Shown here one piece after another: positions 35,948 through 46,095 of a DNA stretch of 64,000 nt. The position numbers and the translations under genes are program-made. Origin of the DNA: an uncultured Methanosarcinales archaeon (GTDB lineage Archaea > Nanobdellota > Nanobdellia > Woesearchaeales > ARS49); NCBI GenBank assembly GCA_964637115.1, contig CAZWVL010000001.1:96001-160000 (forward strand). The letters are read 5' to 3'. The notes beneath the pieces are model-generated. The model was not told the origin of the DNA. It saw nothing but the letters and a program-made list of their open reading frames with translations, and made no database searches. The first letter of the stretch is position 1. Every line of letters starts with the position of its first letter.

Positions 35948-36847
35948 ATGAGGAGAAAAGTTATACAAATAGCGGAATCAACACAACTTATATCACTCCC
36001 GCGCAAGTGGGCGCTCAAACACAGTGTAAAAAAAGCGCAAGAACTTGAGGTTGAAGAGCAAGGAAACAAGCTCGTTATCTCCACAACCACAGAAGACGAA
36101 TCCAAAAAAGGAGTTCTAGATTTAAGAGACCAGCCAAAGCTCAAAAGACGCTCGGTCTGCGCAGCATATCTCAGAGGTTATGACGAGCTTGAAGTTCTGT
36201 ATTCCAAGCCAGAATACATCCAAATCATCCAAAGCATCATCCCAGAATTCACTGGATACGATATTATCAAACAAGACAAGAACAGTTGCGTCATCAAGCA
36301 AATTTCAAAACCAACAGCCGAAGAATTCGAGAATGTGTTCAATAGACTATTTCTTTTGCTTCACGACACGCTCCAAATGATGACGGACGGTTTAAAGAAA
36401 AATGACCTTGAGCAACTTAAAGGCATCCAGTTCAGAGAAGTAAACATCAACAAATACTCAAATTTCTGCAGAAGACTTGTCAACAAAGGTGGCTATTCAG
36501 CTCCGGAAATTAACAGCAGCATTTATTTCATATTGATGAGTATTGAGTTTCTTGGAGACGAATGCAAGGATTTAACGCGATACATACTTGAAGAAAAGAA
36601 ATTTGACAAAGAGCTTGTACCAATTCTTGAAGAAATGAGCCTTTTATATGAAAACATGTATTTAGCATTCAAAACAAGGAGCAGAATGAAATGCGCTGAG
36701 AATGCTCTGGTGTATGACAAGCTGCATTTGCATGTTGAAAACATGTTTAGAAAGGCCAAAGCAGACCATATCGTTTACCACTACGTATCCCGCATAATCC
36801 AAATCATTGTTCAAATGCAGGAAGCAGTGCTGTTACTTTCGGTATAA
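35948..36847 (+). CDS. Archaeal phosphate-uptake regulator (AbrB/SpoVT N-domain plus PhoU-like domain)
   Basis: RKVIQIAESTQLISLPRKW, AAYLRGYDELEV, EREV-like FREVNINK, SIEFLGD. Confidence 0.85.
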   Translation: MRRKVIQIAESTQLISLPRKWALKHSVKKAQELEVEEQGNKLVISTTTEDESKKGVLDLRDQPKLKRRSVCAAYLRGYDELEVLYSKPEYIQIIQSIIPEFTGYDIIKQDKNSCVIKQISKPTAEEFENVFNRLFLLLHDTLQMMTDGLKKNDLEQLKGIQFREVNINKYSNFCRRLVNKGGYSAPEINSSIYFILMSIEFLGDECKDLTRYILEEKKFDKELVPILEEMSLLYENMYLAFKTRSRMKCAENALVYDKLHLHVENMFRKAKADHIVYHYVSRIIQIIVQMQEAVLLLSV

Positions 36848-37570
36848 TCCGAAAATCTCTTTTAGAATCAGCCTGTAGCTGGCAAATCCAGCATATACTT
36901 TTTTCGCGCCGGCCTTTTTCATCTCTCCGCCCGTATATTTACTTGCGTGCAGAACACCGATTGGTATCGCTTCAACCATTTTAGCTGCTTTCATATCATT
37001 CAATGAATCTCCAAACACCGCAACTTCAGCATGATTGAAATCATGCTTGTATTTTTCCTCAAGCATGCCAACACAACTTTCAATTGCGCGAACACGATCG
37101 CTTGCAGATACTATTGCGGTAACGTATCTACGAATTCCAGTGGCGCGCAATATTGATATACACGCTTCCTCAGGCCCGCCTGTATAAACGCCAATTGGAA
37201 TATCCGCGCTTCTGAGCTCCCTAAAGAACTCCTCTACATTTTCGCATAAATATTTATTCGGATTTTTCTCGGCCCTTATGCGCCTTGCCAATCCAGATTC
37301 GTACTCATTCTTGCACGCCAAAAATCGCCCGAATGAAGCGTCTTCTGGAACAAACACCTTATTTGCTTTCTTGTATGCGAGTTCCAAGACATCAATTATG
37401 ATTTGAGTCATCGACACACCACAATATGCATTTCTTTTCAGCAAAGTCATATCCCCGTGAACTTTGAAATTTCTCCAAAGAGATTCAGCCAATGCCTTAT
37501 TTGCAACATCTGTAATTTCAACCAACGTCTTATCACAATCAAATAATGCGACCTTTGCTTTAAACATCAT
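36833..37570 (-). CDS. HAD-superfamily phosphatase
   Basis: LFDCDKTL, YTGG, FGDSLND. Confidence 0.88.
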   Translation of the reverse strand: MMFKAKVALFDCDKTLVEITDVANKALAESLWRNFKVHGDMTLLKRNAYCGVSMTQIIIDVLELAYKKANKVFVPEDASFGRFLACKNEYESGLARRIRAEKNPNKYLCENVEEFFRELRSADIPIGVYTGGPEEACISILRATGIRRYVTAIVSASDRVRAIESCVGMLEEKYKHDFNHAEVAVFGDSLNDMKAAKMVEAIPIGVLHASKYTGGEMKKAGAKKVYAGFASYRLILKEIFGLYRK

Positions 37571-38301
37571 TACACCTTCACACCAAACACTTCGTAAATT
37601 ATTTTCTTATAATCACGGAAACTTTCATAAATTTTGAAAGGCTTCTCATTCTGCAAATCCTTCTCTGAAAACAAGCTTTTTTCCAAAATGCCAACACTCT
37701 TGGCCTTGTATTTATTGGCTGAGCGAATATCATTGGGTGCGTCGCCGAACACAGCAATGTTATTTGTCGGCAGACTCCCGATTTTGGGCCGCAGGTCCTT
37801 GATGCACATGTTAATGAGCTGAACGCGGTCTACTGCGCTTTTGTGATCGCTTGTGCATGTAGCTTCAAAATAGCCTCCAAGGCCTGTTACTTCCAGAACT
37901 TTTTTATGTACATCGGAAATTCCTCCAGTAAACACCCCGCGATGAATTCCTGTTGCACGAAGAGCATCTAGGAACTGATAAACCCCAGGGCATACAAGTC
38001 TTCGCGGCTGTGTGTGCTCTGTAAGATGAGAATTCAATGCTCCTACATAATTTCTCATAGCGTCCTCAATTTTTGAATCAATGTACCAGTGTTCATAATC
38101 AGTTTTTTTTTCAACAAGCCGTGCAATTATGTATGCCATGTGCTGGCCTGCATATTCAGAAGGGCTAAGATCGCCCAGCACACCGTGAATCCCGAACACC
38201 TTGTGCATTGTTTCGTCCAGCGCGCGGTCTACAAGGTGCGAAATCTCAATCAATGTCTTATCGGTATCGAACAGTGCAATCTGCTTATGTGCTTTTATCA
38301 T
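37570..38301 (-). CDS. HAD-superfamily phosphatase (paralog)
   Basis: LFDTDKTL, FTGG, FGDAPND; TAATG coupling to the next gene. Confidence 0.88.
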   Translation of the reverse strand: MIKAHKQIALFDTDKTLIEISHLVDRALDETMHKVFGIHGVLGDLSPSEYAGQHMAYIIARLVEKKTDYEHWYIDSKIEDAMRNYVGALNSHLTEHTQPRRLVCPGVYQFLDALRATGIHRGVFTGGISDVHKKVLEVTGLGGYFEATCTSDHKSAVDRVQLINMCIKDLRPKIGSLPTNNIAVFGDAPNDIRSANKYKAKSVGILEKSLFSEKDLQNEKPFKIYESFRDYKKIIYEVFGVKV

Positions 38302-40999
38302 TTTGTGCAAGATCTTTCCAGCCAATGTAATTGATCAGGAAGTTACGGAGTCTAGATATGTTGAGATCCTCAAGGCGTCTCTTCACATAACCCATATGAT
38401 GTGTCTTGTCGGACAACAAGTCTTCACAGAACGCTTTGTATTTGCTATATGCTTTAAGAGTCTGATAATTGTCTTTTCGTTCGCTTCCCTCAAGCTTGTC
38501 CAAGCGGTCATATTCCTGTTTAAACGTTCCAAGCGGTTTGTAACGCTCGAGTTCTGGGTACTTCTTTTCCATTTGGCTTATCACTTGGCTTACAAGTTCC
38601 ACCTCACCGTCTTTGTCACCGACAATTGTCATATGCCTGAACAATGATTCGATCTGCTGCAGGCGCCTGAACTTATCAAGCGTGAAATTTGGCTGGATGC
38701 GCGGAAGATAAGTTGTAAGCAATTCGCGTATGTTTGCCCTGCGCTTGCCGTTGGTTTCTGTGTCCAGCACTGCAGTCGCCCTCTGCTTGAAATCATCATA
38801 CGCCTTGTGCCGCTCCTCAGATATCTGTTCTGCGCAATTTTTCCAGTATCCCTGCAGGCGGTCAATGACAATTCGCGCGAGCCACCTGTTAAGCAAATAA
38901 TCAGTCATAACTGATTTAGAAGGCGTGTTAAACCCGACCAGTTCGTGCTCAACCGCAGTAATCGCGTCTGCAATACCAAGACGTTTGTCCCTGTTCTCAA
39001 GATCAACGCGCGATTTCCTGCTGTGCGTAATCAAGTCCACGTGAATGTTTGGATTTTCACCCGTATACTCAACCAGATAATTGCGGATGTTGCTGTCGGT
39101 ATAGAACAGCCAGAGCCACTCAGGAGAACGCAGAAGCTCATCTTCCAAATTGCTGAGTATATATCTCAATTCTTTTTTCTTTTCTCTTCCCAAAAGAATG
39201 CGCGGTTTCCTTTCATCCTGCAAAGTCGCTGGGCGGATTTCGCCTTCAACAAGCTTGGTAAAAACGCGCTTGATGTAAAAGCCGACTTGACGATAGCGGG
39301 TGCCTCCCAGATGTATCGCATGCCTCGTTTTTCGCACGTCAGTCAAATTTGTCAAATGTTCTGTTCCAACAACCTGAAGCTTTGCACAGGCATCAATAAC
39401 CCACTCCAGATGCCCGACTTTTGTTTCATCAATGCTTGCCTTGAGCTTTTTCTCAGCTTCAGGATCTTTTGCGAGTGCGTTCAGGTCCTCAAAGTATTTC
39501 GCCAGCTGCCTGCCGCGCACGCGTGGCATTATTTCGAAAATGTCATAGAACTCAGTGTCTGATGGCTTTCCCAGCAAAGTTGCAGAGCCAGGCAGTCCGA
39601 GCTGTTCTTCTTCAGCGCCAATCTTGATTTTCAGTTTGTCGGCCTCTCCGGCAAGCTCGTTAAGATTCTTGCATTCATTTAATGCACGGTCAACGCTCAC
39701 TGGAGCTTTATAACGCTTGGCGACCAAGTCATCGCTCAGCTCATATACCCTGTTCAGGCCTGTCAGCTGCATAAGGCGTGAACCCTGCACATTAACTTCG
39801 CGCTGGTCAAAAATCTGCACGATTTCCAATTCAACATTTGAGCGCGGCGTCAAGGGTTCGGAAAGAGGATCGGCCTGCTTGATGATGCGCTTGATTAAAT
39901 CATTCGCCCTTGCCGCATTTTCAGGCGAACCCTCAAGAACATACGCCTGCACCAAATATGCGAGCGCGTCATAATTGTAGTATGCACGCGGATCTGATTT
40001 CATGTACTCGTGCAGGTGGCCAAGGCCTTGCTGCAGGAGCACCTCATTATCTTTCTTTGTCTGTGCGCGCTTTGATATCGGAGTGATGGCATTTTTCTCA
40101 TCATAAAGAATTACAAACGCCTTGCCCAGCAGGTAGCTAATTTCTGTAACTGAAGAGGCTTTTCTCTTCTCCTGCAGGAAACCGATAAGCCCTTCCAAAC
40201 CGTCAGAGAATTCCTTTGGCAGCGCATCCCTGCGCATTTTACGGCGCAGGAGCAATCCAGCATATGCAGTTATTGAACGCATCTCATAGCGGTGAATTTG
40301 CAATATCTGCGAATACAGAGCAACTGCTTCCCTCCACATCCCTTTCCTTCGCTTCCATTCTGCTTCTTCGCGCATCTTCGGGATGTCTCGTCCTTGCTCT
40401 TCGGAATCATCTATGCGTACGCGCACCACGGTATCGTGCTGCGAATGCTGTTCAGCTAGCCGCAATTCTCCGAAAATTTGATCAAGATCTTGATGGACTT
40501 TCAAAACGGGCGGGAAAGTGTGCGCAGGATAATTTTTGAATGTTGTATTAAACTCGGTTTCACGGTGAGTTATTGAAATGCATGGCGTCACTGTTTTTTC
40601 CAGGATGTTTTGAACGACCATGAAGCGCTCCCGTCCTTCTTCCGCGCTTTCGTACCCTGCGATTATGCCTGTAAGATGAAACTCTTCAGTCAACCTGTCA
40701 TTGTAAAACTTCGTAAGTTCTTCAACAGTATGTCCTGGAATAACGCGATAATTTTCAGCGCTTAATCTAAGTTTTAGCGCCTCGGCAAGCTTCTGATTAG
40801 GTTCAGAGATGAGAACAGATTTCTTTGTGTGTTCCATAAACAGCGCCATCGATTCTTTAATCATTGTTTTTTCATCAGTAGAACGACTTCTCAGAACATA
40901 TTCAACGCGACGTGTGATCTTTCTAAGCTCCTCAGCCGCTTCTGAGTTGAGCGTGAACATCGCGATTATTTTCTCTTCTAAAGATGGCGTATCACTCAT
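38285..40999 (-). CDS. Multidomain protein: pseudo-receiver, TPR and APH/choline-kinase-like domain
   Basis: SVLISEPNQKLAEAL (REC-like, no phospho-Asp); TPR helices; LVAKRY, MPRVRG, YTDSNIRNYLV, HVDL. Confidence 0.7.
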   Translation of the reverse strand: MSDTPSLEEKIIAMFTLNSEAAEELRKITRRVEYVLRSRSTDEKTMIKESMALFMEHTKKSVLISEPNQKLAEALKLRLSAENYRVIPGHTVEELTKFYNDRLTEEFHLTGIIAGYESAEEGRERFMVVQNILEKTVTPCISITHRETEFNTTFKNYPAHTFPPVLKVHQDLDQIFGELRLAEQHSQHDTVVRVRIDDSEEQGRDIPKMREEAEWKRRKGMWREAVALYSQILQIHRYEMRSITAYAGLLLRRKMRRDALPKEFSDGLEGLIGFLQEKRKASSVTEISYLLGKAFVILYDEKNAITPISKRAQTKKDNEVLLQQGLGHLHEYMKSDPRAYYNYDALAYLVQAYVLEGSPENAARANDLIKRIIKQADPLSEPLTPRSNVELEIVQIFDQREVNVQGSRLMQLTGLNRVYELSDDLVAKRYKAPVSVDRALNECKNLNELAGEADKLKIKIGAEEEQLGLPGSATLLGKPSDTEFYDIFEIMPRVRGRQLAKYFEDLNALAKDPEAEKKLKASIDETKVGHLEWVIDACAKLQVVGTEHLTNLTDVRKTRHAIHLGGTRYRQVGFYIKRVFTKLVEGEIRPATLQDERKPRILLGREKKKELRYILSNLEDELLRSPEWLWLFYTDSNIRNYLVEYTGENPNIHVDLITHSRKSRVDLENRDKRLGIADAITAVEHELVGFNTPSKSVMTDYLLNRWLARIVIDRLQGYWKNCAEQISEERHKAYDDFKQRATAVLDTETNGKRRANIRELLTTYLPRIQPNFTLDKFRRLQQIESLFRHMTIVGDKDGEVELVSQVISQMEKKYPELERYKPLGTFKQEYDRLDKLEGSERKDNYQTLKAYSKYKAFCEDLLSDKTHHMGYVKRRLEDLNISRLRNFLINYIGWKDLAQNDKST

Positions 41000-41134
41000 G
41001 CAGTACAAGTCAGGTATCTAAGATACCTCCCCCTTGGTTACTATTGCTAAGTTACTAATACTGGAGCGCCATTTATAAAGTTTTCCTAGTCTGAGCAATA
41101 GATTTAAATACCCAAACTTCTTACATTTATTTGA

Positions 41135-41449
41135 GTGAAGATGATAACGGGGGTAAGCATGACGGGTCCAGGTACACCAGACACTTCAATAGACATTTAT
41201 GTAGCTGCGCTTACGCCTGAAGAAAAGAAAGCAATGTATGACTTGATTATGCATCGCGAAAAAACAAAAAAGACCTGGCCAGAGTTGCGCGAATCTTATC
41301 AGCGTACTGCTGATCAGATAGTTCTGTTCAGTATGCGTGGTGATTTAGAAAAAGACATTCAGCGCATTGATATACTTTCCACTTTTGAAAGCAAATATGG
41401 CGATGTTTCAAAATATTTCGCGAATGGCAAGAACGGAAACGGCCATTAG
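41135..41449 (+). CDS. Hypothetical protein
   Basis: 104-aa ORF after a TTTAAATA box. Confidence 0.55.
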   Translation: MKMITGVSMTGPGTPDTSIDIYVAALTPEEKKAMYDLIMHREKTKKTWPELRESYQRTADQIVLFSMRGDLEKDIQRIDILSTFESKYGDVSKYFANGKNGNGH

Positions 41450-41511
41450 TTCTTTCTTTTCAGTAGTAACAGACCGAAAAGCATATAAACCCTCGACGGA
41501 GACCTATATCC

Positions 41512-42336
41512 ATGATTGAACTCGATGTGGCTGTTGAACTGGCGCAGAAAGCAGGCAAGCGCATAATGGAGTTATACAACGACACAACTGCGGGCATCCA
41601 GGAATGGGCAAAATTAGATCATTCAATTCTAACGCAGGCCGATGTTGATTCCAACCGCATAATTCTGGAAGGCTTGAAAGACGCGTTTCCAAGATACGCC
41701 GTTCTAAGCGAGGAAAGTGTTGACGACAAGAGAAGACTTTCCAGCGATGATTTATGGATTGTCGACCCATTGGACGGCACAAAAGACTTCAAAGGAGGAA
41801 CAGGAGATTTTTCAGTACTGATAGCGTACGCCTGGCAAAAACATCCTATTGTTGCTGTCGTTTATGCGCCGGCTCTTGGCAAACTATACACTGCAGAGCT
41901 CGGAGGCGGTGCATATCTTCTTGAAAAAGGACAACAAACAAGATTGAAAGTCTCATCTCATCCGCTTGAAGAAGCAATCATCACGCTCAGCAGAAAAGAA
42001 TTTGCTCCAGATGCGGCAGAAGCAGTCAGACAACTCCTTGGAATGAAGGGATTCATACAAGCAGGCAGCATGAGCATCAAAGTCGGATACATTACGGAAG
42101 GCAAAGGAGACCTTTACGTAAATAACGATCCCGGCGCGGGCGAATGGGATTCATGCGCACCAGATCTTATCCTGACAGAAGCGGGTGGCAAAATAACTGA
42201 CTACGATGGCAAACCAATCGCCTACAATAAAGAAGACCCGCACATGCCGCGCGGCATTGTTTGTTCAAACGGACCAATTCATGATGACATCCTAAAAAAG
42301 ATTGAACCGATAATCCCACTCAAGCGGACATCGTGA
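41512..42336 (+). CDS. cysQ: Inositol-monophosphatase family, CysQ-like 3'(2'),5'-bisphosphate nucleotidase
   Basis: LSEE, WIVDPLDGTKDF, EWDSCAPDLILTEAGG. Confidence 0.88.
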   Translation: MIELDVAVELAQKAGKRIMELYNDTTAGIQEWAKLDHSILTQADVDSNRIILEGLKDAFPRYAVLSEESVDDKRRLSSDDLWIVDPLDGTKDFKGGTGDFSVLIAYAWQKHPIVAVVYAPALGKLYTAELGGGAYLLEKGQQTRLKVSSHPLEEAIITLSRKEFAPDAAEAVRQLLGMKGFIQAGSMSIKVGYITEGKGDLYVNNDPGAGEWDSCAPDLILTEAGGKITDYDGKPIAYNKEDPHMPRGIVCSNGPIHDDILKKIEPIIPLKRTS

Positions 42337-43157
42337 AAATGACAGAACTCGACATCGCGGTTGAACTGACAAAAAAGGCAGGACAAAGGATAATTGAAAT
42401 ATACGACGCAGGAGATGTCATTGCTTGGCAAAAATCTGACAGAACATTCCTGACTCAGGCTGATGTTGATTCAAACGACATTATCGTGGACGAATTGAAG
42501 AAGATATTTCCCTCGCACGCCATTCTTTCTGAAGAAGAGGAGGACAACAGGAGCAGACTCTCCAACGAGCATCTCTGGATTTTCGATCCGCTTGACGGAA
42601 CTTCTGATTTCAGAAGCAGAACAGGAGATTTCGCTGTCATGATTGCTTATGCTCACAAAAACGAGCCAGTATTCGGCGTTGTATATGTTCCAGTACGCGA
42701 CCAGTTATACACTGCAGAAAAAGGAAAAGGCGCGTTCCTTACTGAAAGCGGAAGCACCAGACGGCTACGTGTAATACCACGCCTTCTGGAAGAATCAGTC
42801 ATCGTATTAAGCAGAAAGGAATTCACACCAGAAGAAGCACAAGAAGTTGGGCGCAAATACGGAGCAAAAGGCGCCATTCAGTCAGGAAGTTTTGGTGTAA
42901 AAGTAGGCCTAATAGCAGAAGGGAAAGCAGACTTTTACATCAACAACGACACCAATGCAGGTGAATGGGACAGCGCTGCACCCGGGCTCATTCTGAAAGA
43001 AGCTGGAGGAACAATCACTGATTACGATGGCAAATTGCTAGCATATAACAAACCCGACCCCCACTTGCCGCGGGGAGCAATATGCAGCACGGGCCGAATA
43101 CACGAAGATATCCTTAAAGCAGCCGAGAAATACGCACCACTCAAGCCGCGCAAGTAA
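42333..43157 (+). CDS. cysQ: CysQ-like IMPase, tandem paralog
   Basis: LSEE, WIFDPLDGTSDF, EWDSAAPGLILKEAGG. Confidence 0.88.
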   Translation: MKMTELDIAVELTKKAGQRIIEIYDAGDVIAWQKSDRTFLTQADVDSNDIIVDELKKIFPSHAILSEEEEDNRSRLSNEHLWIFDPLDGTSDFRSRTGDFAVMIAYAHKNEPVFGVVYVPVRDQLYTAEKGKGAFLTESGSTRRLRVIPRLLEESVIVLSRKEFTPEEAQEVGRKYGAKGAIQSGSFGVKVGLIAEGKADFYINNDTNAGEWDSAAPGLILKEAGGTITDYDGKLLAYNKPDPHLPRGAICSTGRIHEDILKAAEKYAPLKPRK

Positions 43158-43198
43158 CGACAGCAACCTTTAAAAAGATACTTCTGATTTTTAGCACT

Positions 43199-44671
43199 AT
43201 GCCAACAGAAGAAGAACTCATAGCAGAACGCAAGAGAAAAAGAGAAGAACTCTTGAAATTGGGAATTAATCCTTATCCTTACAAATACGAGCCGACGCAC
43301 AAGTCAAACGAGCTTCTTGACAAGTACAAAGGATTGCAGCCTGAACAAAGAACTACTGATACAGTGAAAGTTGCGGGAAGAATTGTTGGTCTTAGAAGAA
43401 TGGGCAAAGCGACATTCATGCACTTGCTTGACCAAAACGGAAAAGTGCAGATTTATTTCAAGTTTGATGACATTCCTAAGATTTACGAACAATTGAAACT
43501 AATGGACCTGGGAGACTGGTTAGGTGTTGAAGGAACAGTTTTCAAAACAAAAACAGGCGAGATAACAGTCTGGGCGAATAATTTTGAGATTCTCTGCAAA
43601 GCACTGCGCCCGCTGCCAGAGAAATGGCACGGACTAACTGACATTGAACAAAGGTACAGAAAAAGATACGTTGACTTGTTTGTAAACCCGGAAGTGCGCA
43701 AGACATTCTTCCAACGCACTAAGATACTTAATTCACTTAGGAATGAACTTGACAAAAGAGGATTCCTTGAAGTTGAAACACCAATCCTCCAGCCAATTTA
43801 TGGTGGAGCTGCCGCAAAACCGTTTAAGTCGCACTTGAACTCATTAAAAATGGACGTTTTTTTAAGAATTGCGCCAGAGTTGTATTTGAAACGATTGATT
43901 GTCGGCGGAATTGAACGGGTCTATGAGATAGGTAAGCTCTTCCGCAACGAAGACATAGACAGGACACATAATCCGGAGTTTAGTTCTATTGAAATTTACC
44001 AAGCATATGCAGACTTTAATGACGTAAGAGTACTTACCGAAGACCTATGGGTGGCAGCTGCAAAAGCAATTCATGGAAGCACAAAGTTTGAATTCCAAGG
44101 ACAAGTCATAGATGTAAAAAAGCCATGGCAAACCTACACGATGGTGGAAGCACTGAAAAAGTTTGCAGGCATTGATTCTGAAAAGTTAACAATGCAGGAC
44201 ATGAACAAACTCTGTCAGCAGCACAAGTTGCAAGTTGTTGCCAATCCGTCAAAAGGACAGTTAATTCAAGCCCTATTTGAAGAACTTGTTGAAGATAAAC
44301 TAATACAACCAACATTCATCACACACCATCCTGTAGAAAGCACGCCTTTATGCAAACCGTGCAGAGAAGACCACCTGAAAGAACACTTTATTGAACGTTT
44401 TGAAGGATACATAGCAGGCATGGAAATAGCAAATGCATACTCAGAATTAAATGATCCAGTGTTGCAAAGATCACTTCTTGAAGCGCAGGCAAAAGAACTC
44501 CGCGCAGGCAGCGAAGAAGCACACCCAATGGACGAAGACTTCATCGAAGCAATAGAATACGGAATGCCGCCAACCGGCGGCTTTGCCATCGGACTAGACA
44601 GAATGATAATGCTCCTGACAAACAATCCAAGCATTAGAGACGTACTATTTTTCCCATTTATGAAACAGTGA
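43199..44671 (+). CDS. lysS: Lysyl-tRNA synthetase, class II
   Basis: OB fold VAGRIVGLRRMGKATF, RYRKRYVDL, FLRIAPELYLKRL, FRNE, HNPEF, GMPPTGG.AIGLDR. Confidence 0.97.
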   Translation: MPTEEELIAERKRKREELLKLGINPYPYKYEPTHKSNELLDKYKGLQPEQRTTDTVKVAGRIVGLRRMGKATFMHLLDQNGKVQIYFKFDDIPKIYEQLKLMDLGDWLGVEGTVFKTKTGEITVWANNFEILCKALRPLPEKWHGLTDIEQRYRKRYVDLFVNPEVRKTFFQRTKILNSLRNELDKRGFLEVETPILQPIYGGAAAKPFKSHLNSLKMDVFLRIAPELYLKRLIVGGIERVYEIGKLFRNEDIDRTHNPEFSSIEIYQAYADFNDVRVLTEDLWVAAAKAIHGSTKFEFQGQVIDVKKPWQTYTMVEALKKFAGIDSEKLTMQDMNKLCQQHKLQVVANPSKGQLIQALFEELVEDKLIQPTFITHHPVESTPLCKPCREDHLKEHFIERFEGYIAGMEIANAYSELNDPVLQRSLLEAQAKELRAGSEEAHPMDEDFIEAIEYGMPPTGGFAIGLDRMIMLLTNNPSIRDVLFFPFMKQ

Positions 44672-44675
44672 TACA

Positions 44676-45014
44676 ATGAACAAAATAATCTTAGGACTAA
44701 CGGCCAGAGTAGTGCTCTTTGGCAAAAATGGAAAAAAAGAAGTGATTGCAAGAGTTGACACAGGAGCAACAAAGAGCAGCATAGACCGAGATTTAGCAAA
44801 GGAACTTGACTTGGGGCCTACATTAACGCATACGAGAATAAAAAGCGCGCACGGCACAAGATACAGGCCTGTCGTGACTTCCGATGTGCTTATTGGTGGT
44901 CAGATGATACACGCAGAATTCAACATCGCAGAAAGAGAACACATGAAATACAAAGTACTAATAGGACAGAACATTTTAAAAAAGGGCTTCCTGATAGACC
45001 CGAGCAAACCATGA
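44676..45014 (+). CDS. Retropepsin-like aspartic protease (RimK-associated)
   Basis: ARVDTGATKSSID, RPVV, LIGQN. Confidence 0.88.
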   Translation: MNKIILGLTARVVLFGKNGKKEVIARVDTGATKSSIDRDLAKELDLGPTLTHTRIKSAHGTRYRPVVTSDVLIGGQMIHAEFNIAEREHMKYKVLIGQNILKKGFLIDPSKP

Positions 45015-46084
45015 AAGCAGCACTTATTTCACTCGGAAGTATTTCTTCGCGCTGGACAATAGAAGCGCTGAAAAAACACTTTGATACAGTAGACCACATA
45101 GACATCCAAGAATTAGAAGTTTCTCTGGGTGGCAAGAAAGGACAAGTATTGTACCAAGGCAAACCACTGCCAGAATACGACTGCATCTACGCAAAAGGAA
45201 GCTTCAGATACGCAACACTTTTGCGGGCAGTAACCACTTTACTCCAAAAAACAACTTACATGCCCCTGAAAGCAGCATCATACACAATTGGGCATGACAA
45301 AGTCTTGACTCATTTGAAATTCCAAGAAAACAATGTTCCGCAGCCAACAACATACTTAGCTTCAACAGCTGATGCGGGCAAGAAAATAATCAAAAAAGCG
45401 ACCTTTCCTGTAGTAATGAAGCTTCCAGCAGGCACGCACGGCAAAGGAGTAATGCTTGCGGACAGCGTGGAAAGCGCGAGCTCAATGATAGACGCACTGG
45501 CTCTGCTAAAACAACCATTCCTGATACAAGAATACATTGAAACAGATGGCCGCGATTATCGCGTTATTGTAGTAGGAGACAAGGTAGCTGCAGCAATGAA
45601 AAGAGTGGCTGCAAAAGGAGAAAAAAGAGCAAACATACATTCAGGTGGCCACGGAGAAAAAGTAGAGCTTGACGAAAAAACAGCAAAAATAGCCATTTCC
45701 GCCGCAAGGGCAACTGGGTGCGATATCTGCGCTGTAGACATCTTAAAATCACCAAAGGGCCCCTTGGTGCTTGAAGTAAATTTGTCGCCAGGACTGCAAG
45801 GTATCACTAAAGTTACGAAAATAGACGTTGCAAAAATCATCGCTGATTTTCTCTTCAAGCAGACAAAGGTATTCAGAGAAGGCGGCAAGGAAGCAATACT
45901 GCGAGAACTCGCAGCAGAGCAGGAAATACACGGTCCATTAGACTTCAAAGGAAACAGGATATTGCTCCCAGAAATAGTCACAATGGCATCAAAAATAAAA
46001 GAAGACGATGAAGTCATGCTCAAAGCAAAGAAAGGACATATAGAAATAACAAAAACAGGTTCTGTGGAAAAAGGAAAGGAATAA
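45011..46084 (+). CDS. rimK: RimK-family ATP-grasp amino-acid ligase with C-terminal AbrB-like domain
   Basis: GTHGKGV, LIQEYI, DYRVIVVG, RANIHSGG, AVDIL, LEVNLSPG; tail RILLPEIV...IKEDDEVML. Confidence 0.88.
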   Translation: MKAALISLGSISSRWTIEALKKHFDTVDHIDIQELEVSLGGKKGQVLYQGKPLPEYDCIYAKGSFRYATLLRAVTTLLQKTTYMPLKAASYTIGHDKVLTHLKFQENNVPQPTTYLASTADAGKKIIKKATFPVVMKLPAGTHGKGVMLADSVESASSMIDALALLKQPFLIQEYIETDGRDYRVIVVGDKVAAAMKRVAAKGEKRANIHSGGHGEKVELDEKTAKIAISAARATGCDICAVDILKSPKGPLVLEVNLSPGLQGITKVTKIDVAKIIADFLFKQTKVFREGGKEAILRELAAEQEIHGPLDFKGNRILLPEIVTMASKIKEDDEVMLKAKKGHIEITKTGSVEKGKE

Positions 46085-46095
46085 TTGACTGTTTT

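Noticed and set aside
41012-41028. AGGTATC-TAA-GATACCT palindrome as an operator
   Set aside because: Only 7 bp and single copy; not distinguishable from chance without comparative data.
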